Source: Chthoniobacterales bacterium (GTDB lineage Bacteria > Verrucomicrobiota > Verrucomicrobiia > Chthoniobacterales > CAKUMP01). Taken from it: DNA of 47,463 bases. The notes under the pieces are model-generated. The model was not told the origin of the DNA. It saw only the letters and a program-made list of their open reading frames with translations, and did no database searches. Location of the stretch: the NCBI GenBank assembly GCA_041748815.1, contig JBGTCP010000593.1:1-47463 (forward strand). Direction: 5' to 3'. Of the stretch, positions 42,341 to 47,463 are shown piece by piece. Positions within the stretch are counted from its first letter, which is position 1. Every line of letters starts with the position of its first letter. The position numbers and the translations under genes were made by a program.

Positions 42341-43564
42341 ATGAGTCATCTTTTAGACCAACTTAATCCCAGAATCATTGGGGAAAAACTTCGCATTGCG
42401 CGAACGACGTGCGGGATCCGCCAGGAAGACGCGGCTGAACATATCGGCGTTGCTCGAACCACTATAGTTGCGATGGAGAAAGGCGAACGCCGGGTCAAGG
42501 CACGCGAACTGCAACTTTTGGCGGATTTATATGGCAATTCGATTCATGATTTAATGGATGAGGAGAAAAAGATTGTCGCATTGAGTCCCCAGTTCCGAAG
42601 CCCCCCCAAAGGACTGAACCTTGCCGCAGATGAAATTTTCCATGTCGCGCAGGAGTTGGAGGAGTTTGCCAAGGATTACCATGAACTGGAAAGTCTTACG
42701 GGCTCCCAGATGGTGCAGCGCTATCCTTCAGTTTATCGATACGATATTCCGGGTGTATCTGTGGAACTGCGTGGAGAAGAAATTGCCGGTGAGGAACGAA
42801 CCCGCCTGGGTCTTGGGGATGCACCGATTCTGGACTTGCGCGGTCTCTTGGAAGACTCGGTTGGCTTGCGGATTTTTTATCCCGAGCTTCCCTCACAAGT
42901 GGGCGGAATTTATGCATTCAACGAGGAGCTTGGCGGCTGTATTGCGATCAATCGAAAGCATCCTCCAGCACGAGCGGTGTGGTCTTTGGCTCATGAGTAT
43001 GGTCATTTTCTCACGACTCGAACTTCCGCAGATGTCAGCTTTTGGGACGAGCAAGGCTGGGGACGAAATATGGCGGAACGTTTTGCCGACGCATTTGCCC
43101 GGAATTTTTTGATGCCGCGATCAGGAGTGAACCGTCAGCTCAGTGAATTGGTTGCCTTGCACGGGAAGGGGATCACCGCAGCGGATATATTGATTCTCTC
43201 GCAGAATTTTCGGGTTTCTACGGAGGCCATGTTCCGACGCCTTGAAGAGTTGCGACGACTACCTTCGGGAACGTGGGACAACCTAATCGCCCAAAAATTT
43301 AAGCCCGAACAGGCAAAAAAGACCTTGGGGCTTCAGCCCGCCCTCCAGAAGGAGCCGTTGCTGCCGCTTCGATACCGAATGCTGGCCAAGGCCGCCTTCG
43401 ATCTGGAAGATGGTATTACGGAATCACAATTTTCCAAATATCTTCATCTAGACCTTGTTGCTGCACGGCAAGAACTGGATGAATTGCGGGCTGCTTCCGA
43501 TAAAAGAAGTGAGGATGGCTTTATTCCGTTTGATATTGGCACCCGTATTCTCGTTCCTGCCTGA
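42341..43564 (+). CDS. XRE-family HTH fused to an ImmA/IrrE-type zinc metallopeptidase (COG2856-like)
   Basis: HTH IGEKLRIARTTCGIRQEDAAEHIGVARTTIVAMEKGER. HEXXH motif LAHEYGHFL. Confidence 0.85.
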   Translation: MSHLLDQLNPRIIGEKLRIARTTCGIRQEDAAEHIGVARTTIVAMEKGERRVKARELQLLADLYGNSIHDLMDEEKKIVALSPQFRSPPKGLNLAADEIFHVAQELEEFAKDYHELESLTGSQMVQRYPSVYRYDIPGVSVELRGEEIAGEERTRLGLGDAPILDLRGLLEDSVGLRIFYPELPSQVGGIYAFNEELGGCIAINRKHPPARAVWSLAHEYGHFLTTRTSADVSFWDEQGWGRNMAERFADAFARNFLMPRSGVNRQLSELVALHGKGITAADILILSQNFRVSTEAMFRRLEELRRLPSGTWDNLIAQKFKPEQAKKTLGLQPALQKEPLLPLRYRMLAKAAFDLEDGITESQFSKYLHLDLVAARQELDELRAASDKRSEDGFIPFDIGTRILVPA

Positions 43565-43574
43565 GATTTGGGAA

Positions 43575-44120
43575 ATGGCGACTTTGCTCATCACAGATTC
43601 TTCCGTGTTGCTGAACGTGATCGCCAGTGGCCACGCACCTTCGATTTTTCGGATGTCGTCCTGGCAGTTCGTCGTTTGTCCAAAAGTGGCGGAGGAAGTG
43701 AAGTTTCTCCGTCACCGCATTTCCCGGGAGGTTCGTCCGGTAGAGCTCGCCCCGTATTTTGCGGCTTCAGATCTCCAGTGCATGGCACCAGAAACCGACG
43801 AGGATTTTGAGTGGTTGGTGGATTTTACCGCTGCTCTTGGTCGCGGCGGAGAAGGTGAAGCCATGTGTTTTGCTCTCGCGGCGAGTAGGAAGCTGGCGGT
43901 TGCCATTGATGATCGAAAAGCCATTCGCAAAGCGCGGCGATTCTCGTTGGGTCTGCCAATCATTTCGACGCCAGAGTTGATAAAGGAATGGAGCACCACA
44001 GCAGGCATCGAGAAAGCACCACTTTGCGAAGCGCTTCGGTCCATCTCTGATTGGGCGTGTTACAAACCGTCTGATGAGGACCCACTCGCAGCATGGTGGA
44101 CTGAAGTGCTCCAAGGATGA
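43575..44120 (+). CDS. PIN-like (DUF4411-type) nuclease domain protein
   Basis: LLITDSSVLLN, GEGEAMCFALA and AIDDRKA supply PIN-like acidic residues. It lies 10 nt after the ImmA gene, the usual partner position. The start is chosen at MATLLITD. Confidence 0.6.
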   Translation: MATLLITDSSVLLNVIASGHAPSIFRMSSWQFVVCPKVAEEVKFLRHRISREVRPVELAPYFAASDLQCMAPETDEDFEWLVDFTAALGRGGEGEAMCFALAASRKLAVAIDDRKAIRKARRFSLGLPIISTPELIKEWSTTAGIEKAPLCEALRSISDWACYKPSDEDPLAAWWTEVLQG

Positions 44121-44311
44121 CTTCTTCCGCTCGCCAAGCACAGGACATTGACATGGTAAGCTGATAGATTATCCGTCTTACACCACGGAATCTGGCCCCA
44201 TCAGAGCAAGTTGACTTGATTTGAACGCCCAAACACAATTTGCTCCTTAAACGCAGGTTGGACCCTCTGATGTAACTCGGACGACTGGATACGCGTTGAC
44301 CTTTCCCCAAA

Positions 44312-45154
44312 ATGACACCACTCCAAAACATTCTCGACTCATACAGAAGCACCTCACAAACCGAGCGGGAAAAAGGCACTTATTTCGAGGAACTCATCCG
44401 CACTTATTTTCGGTATGAAGCCAGTTACGCCGACCTGTACAGCGAAATATGGCTCTTTGCTGATTGGGCCAGGGAAATCGGAACCCCTCAGTTCGGCATA
44501 TCCGCTAAGGATTCCGGTATCGACCTCGTTGCCAGGACCCATGGCACCGAGGAATACCACGCCATCCAGTGCAAATGCTACGCGCCAGATTATCGCGTGC
44601 GAAAGGCCGACATCGACAGCTTCTTCACCGCCTCCGGACGCAAGCCCTTTACTCAGCGCATCATTGTCACCACCACCAATGATTGGAGCGAACACGCCGA
44701 GAATGCACTCAAAGAACAGCAACCGCCTGTTTACAAGATCGATCTCCATGATTTAGAAGTCAGCCAGATTGATTGGGCGAAGTATCAGCCCAGTGCCCCG
44801 CCAGCGCTGAAGCCCAAGTATCCACTTTTGCCCCACCAAACCAGCGCCCGCACTCATGTGATGTTGGGATTCAAATCTGCAGATCGAGGCAAGCTCATCA
44901 TGGCCTGCGGCACCGGTAAGACTTTTACCAGCCTCAAGATCGCTGAGGAAGCTGCAGGTAAGGGCAAACTCGTCCTTTTTCTCGTTCCCAGCCTGAACCT
45001 TCTTTCCCAGACTCTTACCGAGTGGACCCAGCAAAGCTCCCTTCCGCTGCACAGCTTTGCCGTTTGCTCCGATGCTGAGGTGGGCAAGAAACGTGACGCT
45101 AATGAGGACATCGTGGAAACTTTCTCTCACGAACTGCGTTATCTTTTTACGTGA
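44312..45154 (+). pseudogene. 5' fragment of an Mrr-nuclease + SF2 helicase restriction gene (type ISP-like or related large helicase-methylase)
   Basis: Mrr/PD-(D/E)xK-like GIDLVARTH...YHAIQCK, then LLPHQ and helicase motif I ACGTGKTFTS. The frame ends after 280 aa, right after motif Ia, whereas such proteins exceed 1000 aa. Confidence 0.75.
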
Positions 45155-45429
45155 ACTAAGATTCCAAGCCCATCATCTTCGGATATTTTGGGATTCGCTA
45201 TACCTTGTATATCAAGCACGATTATATCATATTCGCCAGTTTCCAGATTTCGAAGATTTTCAATACGCTTCCAATAAGTCACGTTATAGCCTTCTTTCTG
45301 CAGCAACTTGTAGGGAAAAGCCGTCTCATCATCATCAACAACAAGTATTCTCGCACGTTTCCGCAGTTCTGACAGAGGTAGTGCTGGAGCGATCTCAGTG
45401 ATAGTTTTTGACTTAAAAAAAGAAAACAT
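45139..45429 (-). pseudogene. Receiver (CheY-like)-domain fragment, 3'-truncated
   Basis: RARILVVDDDE...YDIIVLDI...DGLGILVHVKR covers beta1 to alpha3 of a REC fold. It then stops at 45139, overlapping the truncated helicase end on the other strand. Confidence 0.45.
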
Positions 45430-45433
45430 CTTC

Positions 45434-45661
45434 CTACACGACAGCAAAAGTCCTTGTTGTGATCGCAGGCAAGGCTCCAGCATGGTCGGCATCGTTGTGG
45501 GTTAGGATAATTGCTTCGATTTGTGGCGGCGTGCGGCGTTCGTTTAGCCAATCGACCAGGGGGCTTCCCAAGGGGCCGACATCAATCAAAATCAAGTTCC
45601 CATTAGGCAGGCAAATTGTTGAGCAATCCCCCTGCCCTACATCCCAGAAATCGATCTGCAC
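45434..45661 (-). pseudogene. N-terminal fragment of a metallo-beta-lactamase-fold (ComEC-type) hydrolase
   Basis: MQIDFWDVGQGDCSTICLPNGNLILIDVG and ILTHNDADHAGAL (HxHxDH-type motif). Only 75 aa, where MBL domains need more than 200 aa. Confidence 0.5.
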
Positions 45662-45675
45662 CTAATCCTCCTCCC

Positions 45676-46287
45676 TTAGATAAAGATGAGCCGATCAATC
45701 GCCAGCACCTCGTTGTCAATCCCGAGCTTCACATAGGCGCCAAATTCATCGCCGGGCTTCAACAGGGACAAGGACCGCGCCACAGGTGGAGAGATCTTCT
45801 GTGTTGTGCCATCATGCCACTCGATGCGAAAATGGGGGACCCCGCTGACCAACGTGCCTTCCATGTAATGTGGAGTGGCCCGGTCGACGCAGAATGCTTG
45901 AAAATCGACCTCGTCCAAAATGGAGAGCCACCCGGCTTGCTCCTGTTCAGTGAGTTCACCTGAGTCCGCTTTGCTGAATAGCTGCAGGAATCTACGTGCC
46001 ATCTCTCGCGGCAAGTCTTCGGCTTTTGTCGCGGGAAGTCGGACATCCCAATTCAGAACCTCACATTCCCCGTTGGATGGATTCAACGCCACGCGAGGCG
46101 TGCGGGTCAAACGCAGGAGGAGTCTCCCTCCCTCCACCGGCAGGACCGTTCTCGGAAAGGCGTAGACGGTACGTTTGGGAGCAACTGGCTCGCGCTTACT
46201 CACCATGGCCGATGGTGTGGAGTGAGGATGACACTCTGCAGAGTTCCGGTCATAGTCTGCAACGGGTGCGGTTGGTGCAAAAATCAT
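45676..46287 (-). CDS. Hypothetical protein coupled to the TIGR04255-like gene
   Basis: 203 aa. ATGA overlap with the upstream gene stop (46284-46287). No motifs recognised. Confidence 0.55.
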   Translation of the reverse strand: MIFAPTAPVADYDRNSAECHPHSTPSAMVSKREPVAPKRTVYAFPRTVLPVEGGRLLLRLTRTPRVALNPSNGECEVLNWDVRLPATKAEDLPREMARRFLQLFSKADSGELTEQEQAGWLSILDEVDFQAFCVDRATPHYMEGTLVSGVPHFRIEWHDGTTQKISPPVARSLSLLKPGDEFGAYVKLGIDNEVLAIDRLIFI

Positions 46288-47237
46288 GAGGTGGCGGGCT
46301 TAAATGAGGCTTTGGCTTCGGGTGTGAAAACCAACTCAAACCGCTTTACAATATGGGCATGGGCCTCATCTAGCAAGTTGATTATCCGATCTGGATCCGC
46401 CGGAAATTCCCCGACTATCCGCACCACAAAGTCAACCAACACTGCCGCTCCGGTTGTGTGAGTGAGACAGTCTTTGACGGTAAGTTGCAGAGTGGCACCT
46501 GGAGGGCCCACTAAACGGACCGTGGCTGTGCAATCGAGTGGGGGCATGAGACATTCGTGTTCGCCTGGAATGTGGGCAAAGACCGTGATCACTTGTCCAA
46601 GTTTCAGATTGCCCTCGGAGTCGTGAAAATCGGGCACCGTGATGCGGGATAATGCATTTACGTAGTGCAGGGTGATATAGCGAATTTTCCCGACCTCGAA
46701 ATGCCGTAGCCAACGCGGAAGCCATTTTGAATATTCGTCTCGAAGGTTAGAATACCGCCGGGATCCCCCCTGAGCTGGGTTCGAGTGCATGTTCATCGTG
46801 AACTGACCAACCGGGCATCGTAAGCTCCAATCAAACCCCTGTTGGCTCGACTTGCGGGAGAACCGGGGCGTGACCTTCAAGATTGGTTCGGTCGAATCAA
46901 AGACGGGAATTCTTTCCTCGGTCACCTCCTTGACGTTGATTTGCCAGTCCTTCAAAGGCTCATACACCGGAAAGTCTGCTTGCACCATCGACCGCCAGTC
47001 CTCGAAGAGCGACTCAAACGTCTCTTCCGTCATGTCGCCATAGACACTTGCCACCCGCTCGATAATTGGAGGATTCTGGTAATAAGCTGGGTGCTCGACT
47101 GGATTCATAAAACTTACAGCAATAAGAGCATTGTGCTTGGCAAAGTGCTGAATAGCAAGCGTCCGGGCCAGAGCTTTGGCGGCGTGTTTTCGCGAGCAAG
47201 CGATCTGAGCAAGGCGTGGGGTCTTGGGGTTAGTCAT
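46284..47237 (-). CDS. TIGR04255-like conserved hypothetical protein
   Basis: YYQNPPIIERVASVYGD resembles the Y.N.P..E motif near the N-terminus of TIGR04255-family proteins. The likely true start is at 47108 (MNPVEHPAYYQNPP). Confidence 0.5.
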   Translation of the reverse strand: MTNPKTPRLAQIACSRKHAAKALARTLAIQHFAKHNALIAVSFMNPVEHPAYYQNPPIIERVASVYGDMTEETFESLFEDWRSMVQADFPVYEPLKDWQINVKEVTEERIPVFDSTEPILKVTPRFSRKSSQQGFDWSLRCPVGQFTMNMHSNPAQGGSRRYSNLRDEYSKWLPRWLRHFEVGKIRYITLHYVNALSRITVPDFHDSEGNLKLGQVITVFAHIPGEHECLMPPLDCTATVRLVGPPGATLQLTVKDCLTHTTGAAVLVDFVVRIVGEFPADPDRIINLLDEAHAHIVKRFELVFTPEAKASFKPATS

Positions 47238-47298
47238 GCTTTTTTACGATTCATCGCGTGGCCTTGCAATCCTTGTGTCGGGCGAGTAGTTTTGTAGC

Positions 47299-47463
47299 AT
47301 GACACTTACTCTTGAACTGCCTGACCGGGTTGCGGCTTTGTTGCAAGGCTCCTGGGACGATTTGCAGCGTGCCACGCTGGAAAGTCTTGCGGTGGAAGGA
47401 TACCGCAGCGGCAAACTCTCCTGCTCACAGGTGGGCGAAATACTTGGATTCAGTTCCCGCTGG
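47299..47463 (+). CDS. UPF0175-family antitoxin-like protein, 5' part (runs off the window)
   Basis: MTLTLELPDRVAALLQGSWDDLQRATLESLAVEGYRSGKLSCSQVGEILGFSSRW. The EGYR.GK.S...(A/V)GE.LG.S pattern is typical of UPF0175. The frame is open to the window end. Confidence 0.5.
   Translation, partial: MTLTLELPDRVAALLQGSWDDLQRATLESLAVEGYRSGKLSCSQVGEILGFSSRW

Noticed and set aside
33896-44120. Interpreting the island as a prophage, given Gp37/Gp68, a sigma factor, a ClpX-like ATPase, a phosphoesterase and an XRE-ImmA switch.
   Set aside because: No capsid, tail, terminase, portal, lysis or integrase genes are visible in the window. A phage-derived origin of individual genes remains possible.
43712-44379. 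Minus-strand ORFs of 110, 124 and 139 aa over the PIN-like gene and the 44121-44311 gap.
   Set aside because: They are antisense to a gene with PIN-like motifs. The 139-aa ORF is Arg/Ser/Cys-rich and has no plausible ribosome-binding site.
1-47463. Looked for CRISPR arrays, rRNA, tRNA (T-loop GGTTCGAATCC-like strings, including the gaps at 33733-33895 and 44121-44311), IS elements, transposases and integrases.
   Set aside because: I saw no regularly spaced repeats, no cloverleaf-compatible sequence and no transposase or integrase motifs. The string GCGTTCAAATC (minus strand near 44217-44227) lacks a complementary T-stem.

Overview
All family calls below come from reading motifs by eye. No similarity search, HMM search or structure prediction was run.

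The window looks like chromosomal DNA from a Verrucomicrobiota-type bacterium. This is an inference from PEP-CTERM sorting tails, several prepilin-type N-termini and a dense set of glycoside hydrolases without signal peptides. It falls into three blocks.

(i) 1-2440 is a graveyard of gene fragments: a polysaccharide-lyase-like 5' part, a GH29 internal piece, an inverted DNRLRE-like piece and a frameshifted cellulase-like gene.

(ii) 2444-33732 is a glycan-utilisation region.
- It encodes GH29-like, GH95, GH95-like, SASA-type O-acetylesterase, GH3 and GH31 enzymes.
- It has two LamG-like PEP-CTERM proteins, two LacI regulators and an FAD-oxidoreductase plus SDR pair.
- It contains a four-gene prepilin-type cassette ending in a 1146-aa member. 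Next come an AraR-like GntR/LacI chimeric regulator, a 1400-aa secreted multidomain clan GH-A-like protein and a GH13-like protein.
- An unassigned domain of about 150 aa occurs three times and brackets the pseudopilin cassette.

(iii) 33896-47463 is an accessory, defence-island-like region.
- An ECF-like sigma gene with a coupled partner diverges from a chain of translationally coupled ORFs: a Myb-HTH metallophosphoesterase, a HARE-HTH protein, a 115-aa ORF and a ClpX-like AAA+.
- This is followed by a Gp37/Gp68 (DUF5131) protein, a 227-aa unknown coupled to a QueC-like PP-loop enzyme, and an XRE-ImmA/PIN pair.
- Further right are a decapitated Mrr-helicase (type ISP-like) gene joined tail-to-tail to truncated genes, a TIGR04255-like operon and a UPF0175-like gene start.

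The best candidate for an undescribed system is the 35284-42314 cluster together with its divergent sigma gene. The pseudopilin cassette with its bracketing novel domain is the second candidate. I recognised no rRNA, tRNA, CRISPR array, transposase or integrase.
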